Below, one piece after another: positions 38,132 to 49,368 of a DNA stretch of 64,000 nt. The DNA comes from Centroscyllium fabricii. Taxonomy: Eukaryota. Below the pieces are notes generated by a model. It was not told where the DNA came from. It saw only the letters and a program-made list of their open reading frames with translations, and did not search any database. Both the position numbers and the translations under genes were made by a program. How positions within the stretch are numbered: the stretch's first letter is position 1; every line of letters begins with the position of its first letter. The stretch covers positions 73,160,001-73,224,000 of the forward strand of contig JBNRSN020000010.1 of NCBI GenBank assembly GCA_051313645.2, in the 5' to 3' direction.

Positions 38132-38852
38132 GGCCTGGAATTTGCAGTCAGCAGCGAAGCAAAGGCGTTCGCCGCTGGCCCCGAAGAAAGCTGCCCACAA
38201 AGTTCTCGCGATCTGTGTGGCGAGAAGCTTGCCTTTTTCAACGTACAAGTGATTTCAGTGCAATATTATGGGGAATCCCTGGAGCACTCTGCTGTGATAT
38301 CAAGAAGCCATCAAAGCAGCCAATCACAATGCAGAATTCGCAGACAGGGAACCAGGAAGTGAAGAAGCTGCTTTTATTCAGACTTTTTAAAAATGTTACA
38401 GAGAGCAAAACAAAGATTGAGGCTCTCATATGGGGAAAAGGCAAACCTGAAATAAGCATGAACAAATTGTAATTTATCATAATGGAGAAATTTTACACTC
38501 CACAAAATTAAAATTAGTTTCTCAGGGCCATCTTCTTCTTCATAATGGTTGTTTAGCAGTGAATATACTGTTAAAACCTCAGTGACACCTATACAACAAA
38601 GACTAACATTTAATGGGGTATTTAGCAGTGCAGAAATCTCACGTTTTTGTCAGTTTCACTGATTTCTGGCTATGGGGGAGCGGGAGGGGGTACACAGCGC
38701 AGCCAGTGTTGGAGCAGTGAATGACTGACCGCAACTTCAGGATTTCCGCGTTTAGATGTGCATGCGCTGCATCCGGACATTGTGGTCAGTTTCCAAGGGT
38801 AATAACAACGAACAGTTAGTTCGCCGTTATTACCCACCGCAAATTCCAGTCC
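38132..38852. mobile_element. PIF/Harbinger MITE, ATT TSD
   Basis: ATT|GGCCTGGAATTTGCAG ... CCGCAAATTCCAGTCC|ATT. Confidence 0.85.
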
Positions 38853-39147
38853 ATTGAATTTCATTCTGATGCCACCCCCAACAATTTAAATATTGTGAAA
38901 TAACAGAAAATGCTGTTAATACTCAGCAGGGCAGGCAGCATCCGTGGTGAGAGAAACAGAGTTAATGTTTCAGGTCTGTGACCCTATTTTTCCAGATCTG
39001 AAACGTTAATTCTCTCTCCACAGATGCTGCCTGGCCTGCTGAGTATTAACAGCATTTTCTGTTGTTATTTCAGATTTCCAGCATCTGCAGTATTTTGCTA
39101 ATTTAAATATTGTACTGCACTCTGAATCTAACTACCCATTAAATATT

Positions 39148-39985
39148 GGGCCCTGTTTTCCTGTGTGCCGGTTAGTGCGTGCGCTAGGACCCTGGGGATG
39201 CCTAATCGCACGCACCAACTTTTTTCAGAAAACAAAACGTCAATTTCCTGTAAAAAAAAAAGTCTTCGGGTGCTGCGTAGGGGTCTGGCTTTTGTTGGTG
39301 CATGTCCAGCCACGCCCACACAGATCCCAAATTTAAATAAGAAACGCCCCCCAGATCCCTAATTTAAATGACGAGATCCCGAGTCGGACCTTTGAGAGAG
39401 CAGGTAAGTGCGGAGCTGCACAACAGACTCGCGGGGAGCAGCGCGGGGGCACAGCAGCTTCGCAGAGGAAGAAACGGAAGTTAAGTCAGCCATTTTTTCC
39501 TCGTAGATTTTTTAATTTTTAAAATTAGCTAGAGAGTTAAAAATTTCAGAAATTTAACTTTAAAAATTAGCGATTTGAAACAGGTAAATTAACTTAAAAT
39601 CGGATTTGTTAAATTTTTTTTAAAACTTTAACGTAAAAATTTAACGCTACCGATCTGGCCACACTACTCCCCAAAACTGTAAAAAATTTAAATTAAAGTT
39701 AAAAAATTAACTTACCTGCTTCAAAAACTAAATCTTCTCCCTCTTACTCCTGGTTTTTTCGTGGGCAACTTGTGAGCCAGTTGCACACGGAATTACTCTC
39801 TAAAAATCACCCGTTCTGACAGGAAATCGTCAGGAAATTGTCAGTGCAAGGTCTTCCTGCGTTGGGAGCTGAAGGGCCTTGCCCATCAGCACAGGAAATT
39901 CCCGTTCGTGGGCATCCCCCGTGAGGCATTTCTGACCCCCCTTCGTGGGGGTGCAGCCCCTCTGGAGCACAGGAAAACAGGGCCC
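39148..39985. mobile_element. PIF/Harbinger MITE, ATT TSD
   Basis: ATT|GGGCCCTGTTTTCCTGTG ... CACAGGAAAACAGGGCCC|ATT (perfect 18-bp TIR). Confidence 0.9.
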
Positions 39986-40118
39986 ATTATATTAACACTC
40001 TGAACTCCTGTCTCCCGGACAATTTAAACATTGTATTTCACTGACCACCCCCCAGTCCAATGTAAACATTGTGTGTGACTGTGAATTCTCATCCACCCCC
40101 AAGCCCAATGTAAATCAT

Positions 40119-41540
40119 GGGCCAGAAATTCAGGTTGGAGGCTTCCCGCGAGTGCAAGCCTCCAACCCACACTTACGGACCGCGCCGGCCGTTCTCCATT
40201 CCACTCGCATGGAATTCTGATGCGGGGCCCTCCTGAAATCCCGGCGCGCTGTGCTGCTGCATCTGAGCGTCGCAGTTAGTGCGAAGCTTCCCGCGGGATC
40301 ACGTGGTCCGCGGGGAGCCAATCGGAGCACAGAATGCTACATTCATAAGTTTGACAGAAAGACCTGTCAAACTTATGAATACTACAACCCCAAAACCACA
40401 GTAAATCTTAAAATATATATATTTTTTAAATCACATTTTTAAAAATTACTATCAATGACATAAATTAGCTATTTTAAACAAAAAATAATTAAAGTTTTTA
40501 ACGGGGCTAAAAATCAACTTACCTGTCTTTAATGTACAGGTTGAAGTTCGTTAATCCGGCAGGGTCGGGACCAGCACCCTGCCAAATTATTGAAAACGCC
40601 GAATTATTTAAGTTTCGGCGGCCCATGCGCAGAGCATTCAAAATGGCCACCTGGAAGGTAATTTTCGGCCCTAGGGTCGGGTGGAACTCACAGGATGCAC
40701 TCGATTCTGCTGCCCATGGTGGATCAGGCTGCATGGCTCCAGCGGGCCTGATGCCCAATGCGCGGCTCAAACCCGGCTCACGTGAGTGGGGTCCAGTCCG
40801 AGCCCAGGAGTATCCGTCTTCAGACCAGTTCTCAGCCCGGGGAATGGGGTCCGGTCCCAGCCCGGGGAGTCTCCGTCTTCAGACCAGTTCGCAGCCCGGG
40901 GGGTGGGGTCCGGTCCAAGCCCGGGGAGTCTCCGTCTTCAGGCCAGTTCGCAGCCCGGGGGGTGGGGTCCGGTCCAAGCTCGGGAGTCTCCGTCTTCAGA
41001 CCGGGTCCAGGGATATCCAGCCCGATCTCAGCCCCGTGGGGAGGGGGGGCGGATGGGGAGGTGCGCTCCCAGCCCATCTCAGCCCTCCACAGCCCAGGGG
41101 TACCTTTATGAGGAGCACAGCCCAGCCCCGACGGTGGCAATTTTGGATCATCTGCACATGCGCCGGGCAGTCGGGAAAATCTGTGCCGAACGACTGAAGC
41201 TGCTGGTTTTTCCGGTGCCGGATTAACGAACTTAAACTGTATTTAAAAATGAAAAACCTGAGAGAATTTTTTTTTAAATTTAATTAAATCACGGCTTACC
41301 TGCTGAAAAGGGGTCTTTACGGATGAAAAAAAGTCGTAACTTTTTCCTTACTTACACTGATAAAAACCTGTGAAAAAAAAAATCGCAAGTGCATTGCGCA
41401 CCCGCTACCCCTTCTTTCAGGGGATCGGAATTGCCGGTTTCGCACGCATGCACAGTGCATGCTGGAAACCAGCAATTCTGATGTGCACACGCGTGAGTAC
41501 CCCGTCCGTACGCACGCGTTGTGCCCCTAATTTCTGGCCC
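40119..41540. mobile_element. PIF/Harbinger MITE containing a nested Tigger-like MITE
   Basis: GGGCCAGAAATT ... AATTTCTGGCCC (perfect 12-bp TIR), flanked by CAT/ATT. Confidence 0.85.
40537..41239. mobile_element. Tigger-like MITE with TA TSD and ~60-bp internal tandem repeat
   Basis: TA|CAGGTTGAAGTTCGTTAATCCGGCA ... TGCCGGATTAACGAACTTAAACTG|TA. Repeats of GGAGTCTCCGTCTTCAGACCAGTTCGCAGCCCGGGG at ~40785-41010. Confidence 0.88.
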
Positions 41541-41777
41541 ATTGTGTGTGACTGTGAAGTCTCATTCACCCCCTAAGACAGACCAATGTAAACATTGTGT
41601 GTGACTGTGAATTCTCATCCAGCCCCAAGACCAAAAGTAACAATGCGCGTGACTGAATTTTCCTTCAACCCCCGACCCCCAAGTCCAATGTAAACATTGT
41701 GTGACTATGAATTTCCCTTCACCCCTCTCCCTCCCAATGTAAACACTGTACTGTAATGAACTCTGGCTCTTTCTTAC

Positions 41778-41903
41778 CCGGCCGTGGTCCCGGCCCAGCG
41801 CCCGGTTGGTACAGTTGATCCTGTTCCAGTGTTTCAGTTTGATCCCGTAACCTCGGAGCTGCTGCACCACGGCCAGCCTCAGCACGTTCCTGTCTGCCTT
41901 CAT
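41778..41903 (-). CDS. ARHGAP11A: ARHGAP11A coding exon 1 (start codon)
   Basis: GCCGACATGA context. 126 nt, MKADRNVLRLAVVQQLRGYGIKLKHWNRINCTNRALGRDHGR vs human [30 protein letters not shown] donor. Confidence 0.93.
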
Positions 41904-42190
41904 GTCGGCGCTGGAGCTGCGATCAATCCAGGTCGCCCCCCCAATACCTCCCCCGCTCCCCTTTCCTGACCCCTAACCCCGCTCCCTCCTCTCCTCTCCT
42001 CCTCCTCGCCCACTCTCCACTCAAACGGCGGCGCTTCTCAAACGCGCACTTTTCATTGGTCAAAACCTTTTCAAATGTGGGGTCCTGAGGCGCAGAGGGC
42101 GGCCACCGCGCTGCCCGAAGTGAAGCTGCTGCTGCGCGTGCGCGCACCGGGAGCTCGCGCTCCTCCTCCTCCTCCTCGGGGCAACGGTCG
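41904..42190 (-). promoter_or_regulatory. ARHGAP11A: GC/CpG-rich promoter and 5' UTR of ARHGAP11A with CCAAT box and CHR-like motifs
   Basis: Minus-strand TTTGAA (42070-42075), CCAAT (42055-42059), two CG-preceded TTTGAG, and an NRF1-like TGCGCGTGCGCGCA (~42133-42146). Confidence 0.65.
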
Positions 42191-42370
42191 GCGTGGACCG
42201 TGGGGACCAGCTGGCTGCGAGTTTTTCACGATCAAAAACAAAAGTGAAAAATCGTAAACTTATTGAATCAAGTGGAACTGTGTTGCCGTTTCATGAGCGA
42301 CGGCTAACCAAAACTGAAGTGACAAATCATTCTGATGGAGGCACCAACGAGTACGTGGAAAATAGACCAA

Positions 42371-45300
42371 TGTGGAGTACTGGCCACAGGACACAATCCG
42401 CTTTTTGGTCTGTAGACTTTTAATCAGGCACCGCGCTTTTAAGACACCCTGCATATAAGCAGCCGGTCCGAGGGCGGAGTCGGAGTTGTAAGCTGCAGTT
42501 GATTGTATAAAGCATGTCCAGACTTCTTCACCCTTAGCCAGTCTGGTCTGCAGTTGTAACTCCACATTGGTGTCCCTCGACGCTTAAGACGATTCCTAAG
42601 CATAACCATGACTGAGACAAACGCCGTTTCGGTAAAGCTGCCGCAGTTTTGGGAGCACCACGCCGCCGCCTGGTTCCTGCAAGCCGAAGCACAATTCCGA
42701 CTCTGCGGCATCTCTGAAGACACAACCAAGTACGACTACCTCCTCGCCTCACTGGGCAATTCCACAGCCTTGCAACACTGCAAAACACCCTGGAGACCGG
42801 CAAGTATGCGCATCTCAAGGCTGCGCATCTCAAGGCCGCGCTCACTAAAAATTCACGGCCTCCCAATATACGCACAACTGCCATCCCCTCGACCTCCCGG
42901 GCCTAGGGGACTCCACGCCGTCAGACCTGCTCTTCCACATGCTCGCGCTGACCGCCGAGAACCCGCCTGGCTCCCTCTTCCGTGCGCTCTTTATCCGTCA
43001 ACTTCCCCTTAGCATCCGCCCGGCGATCGTGGCCTCCAACCAAATGGACCTCAAGGACCTGGCCGATGAAGCCGACAAGCTCCTGTCCGCCGGCACCAAC
43101 CACGGCCGGTTGGTCGACAAACCTCGGCGCCACCTGGTGGACATGACCACCATGTCGCCCATCCCGGGCACCATGCCCCCCCCAACCCGCTGAAATAGCG
43201 TGGCAGTGCTTAGCTCGCTCAACGGACGACTACTCGGCACTCCTGGCTGAGTTCCGAACCCTCACCAACCCAACCTTCTCCGCCAGGGTCGCCAAACACG
43301 GGTGGAACACTTCATCCCCACCACAGGCCCCCCCGGTGCATGCCCACGCCGCAGGCTGGACCCGGCCAAGCTAGAGATCGCGCGGACTGAGTTTGCCACC
43401 ATGGAGCAACTCGGCATTATCCGCCGCTCCAACAGCCCCTGGGCCTCCCCACTCCACATCGCCCCCAAACCTGGCTGGGGATGGCGCCCCTGCGGAGACT
43501 ACCGGCACCTAAACAATGCCACCACGCCGGATCGATACCCCATACCGCACATTCAGGACATCTCGGCTAGACTGGCCAGCTGCTCAGTCTTCTCTAAACT
43601 CGACCTGGTGCGTGGTTACCATCAGGTGCCAGTCCACGCCGCGGACGTCCCCAACACGGCCATAACCACCCCCTTCGGGCTATTCGAGTTCCTCCGAATG
43701 CCCTTCGGCCTCGCGGCCCAGGCCTTCCAGCGGCTCCTGAACTCGGTCCTCCGGGACCTGAAGTTCCTCTTTGTCTACGTGGACGACATCCTGGCAGCCA
43801 GTTCCTCCAAACAGGAACATGTTGAGCACCTCCGCACCCTGTTCCAACGGCTCAGTGAGCACGGGCTCATCATCAGCCCCACCAAGTGCCAGTTCGGCCT
43901 CAGCAGGATCGAATTCCTTGGCCACCACATCACGCCGGACGGAGCCATCCCCCTGCCCGCCAAGGTGCAGGCCGTCCAGTTCCCCCAGCCCACCACCACC
44001 AAAGGCCTCCAGGAGTTCTTGGGAATGATCAATTTCTATAACCGCTTCATCCCTAGAGCAGCCTCCCTCATGCGGCCCCTATACTAGGCCCTCCGGGGCA
44101 AGAAGGACAAAACGGCGATCGAGTGGTTGGCGGACATGCTGGCCGCCTTCGACTCCACCAAGAAGGTGCTCGCCGACGCCACCATGCTCGCTCACCCACA
44201 GCCCGACGCCAGGGTGGCCCTTACCATGGACACCTCCGACCACGCGGTCGGCGCCGTGTACGAGCAGTGGGTCGGCGGTGCCGCTGGCCTTTTTCAGCCG
44301 CCAACTGCGCCCCCTGGAGGCCAAATACAGCTCCTCACACTGTACCTGGCAGTCCGCCATTTTAGATTCCTGCTGGAGGGCCGCCCCTTAACCGCGTTTG
44401 TCGACCACAAACCCCTGACCTTCGCGATGGCGAAATCTGCAGACCCGTGGTCAGCCAGGCAACAACGCCAGCTCGCCGCGGTATCCGAATTCACCACGGA
44501 CATCCAGCACATCTCCGGCCGGGACAACGTGGTGGCCGACTGCCTTTCCTGCCCCGCCATCCACACCGCCCACCTGGCGGTGGACTACGCACACCTGGCG
44601 GCGGATCAACACACCGACCCCGATCTGCTCTCCGCGCCCACAAGCCTCCCAGGACTGCAGCTGGCCGACGTCGCCTGCGGCCCGTCTGCCGTCACAGTCA
44701 AGTGCAACACCTCTCTGGCCCAACCCCGCCCCGTAGTCCTGGCGGAAATGAGTGTTCGATATCGTCAGCCTCTCCCACCCCGGCGTCTGCGCGTCCATTA
44801 AACTGGTGGCCAACCGTTTCGTCTGGCGCGGCCTGCGCAAAGATGTGCATGCCTGGGCCAACTCCTGCATAGCTTGCCAGCAGGCCAAAATTCACCGGCA
44901 CGTCAAAGCCCCACTCGAGGAGTTCACCGGAACGGAGGTTCGACCACGTACACGTCGATCTCGTTGGGCCCCTGCTGCCATCACACGGCCACACGCACCT
45001 GCTGATGATCGTGGACCGTACCACCCGTTCTGTTGGCCCGAGGCCATTCCACTGACGGCCACCACCACCGCTGATATCGCCAGGGCATTCAACGGGACCT
45101 GGGTTGCTCAGTTTGGCGTCCCCTCCGATATGATGTCGGTCAGAGGGCCGCAGTTCACCTCTAACCTCTGGGCCGCCATCGCCCGCACCCTCGGCGTCGC
45201 CGTCCACCGCACCACGGTCTACCACCCCCAAGCCAACGGACTGCGAACGCTTCCACAGGTCTATGAAGGCGTCCCTCCGCACCAGCCTCGCGGAGGAGGC

Positions 45301-46392
45301 TTGAATCGACCGCCTCTCGTGGGTGCTACTTGGCCTACGCTCCGCGGTCAAGGAACACCTGAAAGCCTCAACGGCAGAACTCGTGTACGGTCAGCCGCTG
45401 CGCGTACCCGGAGAGTTCCTGCCCACCGCCACGACACCCTGGTCAGCCAACCAGCAACGCCACGCTTTCGCAGACCGAGCACGACAATTCGCCCCAGTGC
45501 CCACTGGCTGGCACGGCGAACCAGCATCTCACGTACCACATGGCCAAATTCATCTTTGTTCGCCATGACGTCCACCAAGGTCCGCTATGGCCCCCGTACG
45601 ACGAGCCCTACAAAGTTCTCCAGCCAGGTGACAAATTCTTCCTTCTCCAAGTGGGCGACAAGGTGTCGGTCGACCGACTCAAACTGGCGCACATAGAGCC
45701 CAACGAACCCGTGCAAGTTGGCCAACCCCCACCACGGGGCAGACCACCTAAGAGCCCGGCCCGTGCGGACGCCGACCGCCAAGAGCCGATCCGGCCGTCA
45801 CGCCGGTTCGTACACTACCTCCTAGCGGATTCTGGGGGGGAGCGGTGTGGCGCACCAGCCACAGAATGGACACAGTCGGAGCACCGGTGTTGACGCACCA
45901 AAGCCGTCGTGGTCGGAGCGCCGGGGTGCTGAGAGCAACGAGGCCGTCGGGGGCCGGGAGCTGCGAGGCCGTCGGGGGCCGGGAGCTGCGAGGCCGTCGG
46001 GGGCCGGGAGCTGCGAGGCCGTCGGGGGCCGGGAGCTGCGAGGCCGTCGGGGGCCGGCAGCTGCGAGGCCATCGTGGCCGGGCACTGGGAGCATTGTCCT
46101 GGTGGGAAGGAATGGATCAGACTGGGACTAAAGGACATTTTAATATCTTGGGAGATTGCATGTTTGCATTTTGTTGTATTGTGTATGTTCACTTTACAAT
46201 GGCATTGAATTGAATTGAACAATCTGCTTTTCGGTCTGTAGACTTTTAATCAGGCACTGCGCCTTTAAGACACCCTGCATATAAGCAGCCGGCCCGGGGG
46301 CGGAGTCGGAGTTGTAAGCTGCAGTTGAATAAAGCATGTCCAGACTTGTTCACCCCTAGCCTGTCTCCATGGTCTGCAGTTGTAACTCCACA
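42371..46392 (+). mobile_element. Gypsy LTR retrotransposon, CsRn1-like clade, defective (element A)
   Basis: 5'LTR 42371-42566 (TGTGGAG...CTCCACA), degenerate tRNA-Trp PBS TGGTGTCCCTCGACG, gag (VKLPQFWEHHAAAWF), RT (YVDD), RNase H, integrase, PPT ~45834-45845, 3'LTR 45846-46392 and 4-bp TSD CCAA on both sides. Confidence 0.95.
45878..46218 (+). mobile_element. 5'-truncated Rex1-type non-autonomous retroposon inserted in the 3'LTR
   Basis: Matches 25190-25830. (TTGAA)n tail and TSD-like ACAGTC/ACAATC. The 5'LTR is the empty site. Confidence 0.85.
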
Positions 46393-46519
46393 CCAAATTC
46401 AATAAAGGGAACTAAAGAAGCACAGGCAACTACAAAGCCACTAATCTCAATTCCATTATTTCACATGGATTGGAATCAGGAGTAAATTTGTGCATTAACA
46501 ACCTAGACAAGGAAACATA

Positions 46520-48789
46520 GGGCGCGAAATTGGTGAGTGCACGATTTGGGGCGCTAAAATGGGCGCAGCGCTAAAATTAGCGCCCGATATTCAATTCTAC
46601 GCCGGCCTTGCAGATTGCGGCGCTAAATGTAGCGAACGCCCAATTTCGTGGCGCTAATTGCCGATCGCGGGCGCAACGCTCCTTCACCAACTCCTTGCTT
46701 TCCCATGAACTCTGGAGCCGGACAGGTCTTAAAGGGGGTAGGGGAAGCAGTGCATGATGTGTCGGCACCCCTCCCTCATCATCTCCCCCGATCTCTGCCA
46801 ACGCCCCTCATCATCTCCCCAATCTCGCCCCCCCCCATCATCTCCCCAATCTCTCCTGACCCCCCATAGCATCTGGCCGACCCTGATCTCGCCCGACCCC
46901 CCTCAACATCTGCCCGACCCCGATCTCGCTCGATTTCCCCCCCCCCCCCCCCCCCGCAACAACTGGCCGATCTCGGGCCGCCAGATCCCCCGCAGCAACT
47001 GGCTGATCTCGGGCCGCCAGATCCCCTGCAGCAACTGGCTGATCTCGGCCCAACCCCCCGCAGCAACTGGCCAATCTCGGGCTGATCCCCCTCCCGCAGC
47101 AACTGGCCGATCTCAGGCTGACACCCCCCCCGCAGCAACTGGCCGATCTCGGGCCGAAGAAGGCTACCGAGGAAAGGGAGGGTCACCCTTTTAGCAGCGC
47201 TGCAGCGGCCACTCAGACCCTCAGCAACGCTTGCCAAAGCTGGCGTTGGCAGTGCTGCGCCAGGGGGACTGGCGCGTTAGAAAGCCAATCCTGGGTGGAG
47301 GATTGGCTTTCTAACAGAAAACAGAGAGTTGGGATAAATGGTTCGTTCTCAGACTGGCAGTCAGTCACTAGTGGTGTTCCGCAAGGGTCGTTGCTGGGAC
47401 CCCAACTCTTTACAATCTATATTAACGATTTGGAAGAAGGGACCAAGTGCAACATATCAAAGTTTGCGGATGACACAAAGATGGGAGGGAGGGTGATGAA
47501 TGAGGAGGACATTAAAAACCTGCAAAAGGACATAGATAGGCTAAGTGAGTGGGCAGAGATTTGGCAGATGGAGTATAATACTGGAAAATGTGAAGTTATG
47601 CACTTTGGCAGGAAAAATAATAGAGCGAGTTATTATCCAAATGGAAAGAAACTGGAAAGTACTTCAGTGCAAAGGGATCTGGGGGTCCTGGTGCAGGAAA
47701 CACAAAAAGTTAATATGCAGGTGCAGCAGGTGGTCAGGAAGGCCAACGGAATGTTGGCTTTTATTGCTAAGGGGATTGAGTATAAAAGCACGGAGGTCTT
47801 GCTGCAGTTGTACAGGGTATTGGTGAGACCACACCTGGAATACTGCGTGCAGTTCTGGTATCCCTATTTAAGAAAGGACATACTTGCTCTCGAGGCAGTG
47901 CAGAGAAGGTTCACTAGGTTAATTCCAGGGATGAGGGGGCTAACATATGACGAGAGGCTGAGTAGATTGGGCTTCTACTCATTGGAGTTCAGAAGAATGA
48001 GAGGCGATCTTATTGAAACATATAAGATTGTGAGAGGGCTTGATCGGGTGGATGCGGTGAGGATGTTCCCAATGGTGGGTGAAACTAGGACTAGGGGGCA
48101 TAATCTTAAAATAAGGGGCTGCCATTTCAAAACTGAGATGAGGAGAAACTTCTTCACTCAGAGGGTGGTGGGGCTGTGGAATTTGCTGCCCCAGAGAGCT
48201 GTGGAAGCTACTACATTGAATAAATTTAAAACAGAGATAGACAGTTTCCTGGAATTAAAGGGAATTAGGGGTTATGGTGAGCGGGGCAGGTAAGTGGACG
48301 TGAGGCTAGGTTCAGATCGGCCATGTGATCTCCTGGACCAGTTTTCGATCGCCTAGATGGGTCGTAGAGTAATTTCCCGGATTTTTTTCTCCCAATTTGG
48401 CTACTGGGTTTTTTATCTGGTTTTTCGCCTCTCCCAGGTGATCACATGGGTTTGGGCGGGGTGGAGAGTAAAAATAAAATTGAGGTTAGGATCAGATCTG
48501 CCATGATCTTGTTGAATGGCGGAGCAGGCTCGAGGGGCCGATTGGCCTACTCCTGCTCCTATTTCTTATGTTCTTAAAGGAGAATTTCGGGCGCATGCGG
48601 GCGGGCGTTGCACCCAGATATGCACGACGATTGCCGATCGCAAATTAACGCGTGTTAACAGTTAGCGCCGGTGCTAGTCGGGTGGCGAATTTAGCGCCCA
48701 GCGCTAAATGTTTTGCACTCCGCGCAAAACCCTCCTGCACCCATTTTCTGGCGCTAATCGGTCGGCGCTAAGGCGCCAATTTTGCGCCC
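46520..48789. mobile_element. PIF/Harbinger MITE (ATA TSD) containing a CR1 insertion
   Basis: ATA|GGGCGCGAAATTGG ... CCAATTTTGCGCCC|ATA. Internal GCAGCAACTGGCCGATCTCGGGC repeats at ~46955-47155. Confidence 0.85.
47290..48575 (+). mobile_element. CR1 LINE RT plus 3' tail (uninterrupted 332-aa ORF fragment)
   Basis: WLSNRKQRV, GVPQGSLLGP, KFADDTK, LVRPHLEY, WNLLP and a TTCTTATGTTCTT tail. Confidence 0.95.
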
Positions 48790-49016
48790 ATAGAAATAAC
48801 AACAGAAAATGCTGGAAAAACTCAGCAGGCAAGGCAACATCCGTGGAGAGAAATATAGAGTCGACGTTTCAGGTTCGGACCCTTTGTCAAGACTAAAGCA
48901 AGGAATTGAAACGTGTAGGAGGGCTGGGAGAGAACAGAAAACAAAAGAGAAGAGAGAACAAAGAGAAAAGGCGTTAAAACCCCATCAGCATTGAATACCT
49001 CTTAACGTCGTTTCTC

Positions 49017-49368
49017 GACACGGTGGCGCAGTGGTTAGCACTGCTGCCTCGCAATAAGGCGCTCCTGGGTTCAAATCCTGCTTGGCCCGGGATCTCTGCG
49101 TGGAGTTTGCATGTTCTCCCTGTGTTCGTGTGGGTTTCCTCCGGGTACTCCGGTTTCCTCCCACCACCCAAAGATATGCAGGTTGGGTGAATTGGAGATA
49201 CTAAAAATTGCCCATGAGTATGTGTGTGAGATATAGTTCTTCGAGTTGGGTGTCAGGGGATATGGGTTGGAGCGGGGTGCTGGGTTTGGATGATCAGCCA
49301 TGATCTAATCAAAATGGCGGAGCAGGACCGAATGGCCTACTCCTGCTCCTATCTTCTGTGTTTCTGTG
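49017..49368 (+). mobile_element. V-SINE variant with CR1 tail (partial second copy at ~49790-50007)
   Basis: GGTGGCGCAGTGGTTAGCAC, GGTTCAAATCC, V-domain, then GATCAGCCATGATC...GGCCTACTCCTGCTCCTAT tail. Confidence 0.85.

Larger units (their letters stand above)
37990..41760. repeat. Degenerate ~45-50-bp minisatellite in intron 1 (CCAATGTAAACATTGTGTGTGACTGTGAATTCTCATCC...) split by MITEs
   Basis: Units recognisable at ~38080, 40020-40115 and 41541-41755, continuing across each inserted element. Confidence 0.75.

Noticed and set aside
49017-49090. tRNA-like A/B boxes
   Set aside because: Heads of V-SINEs, directly followed by the V-domain and a LINE tail. Not tRNA genes.
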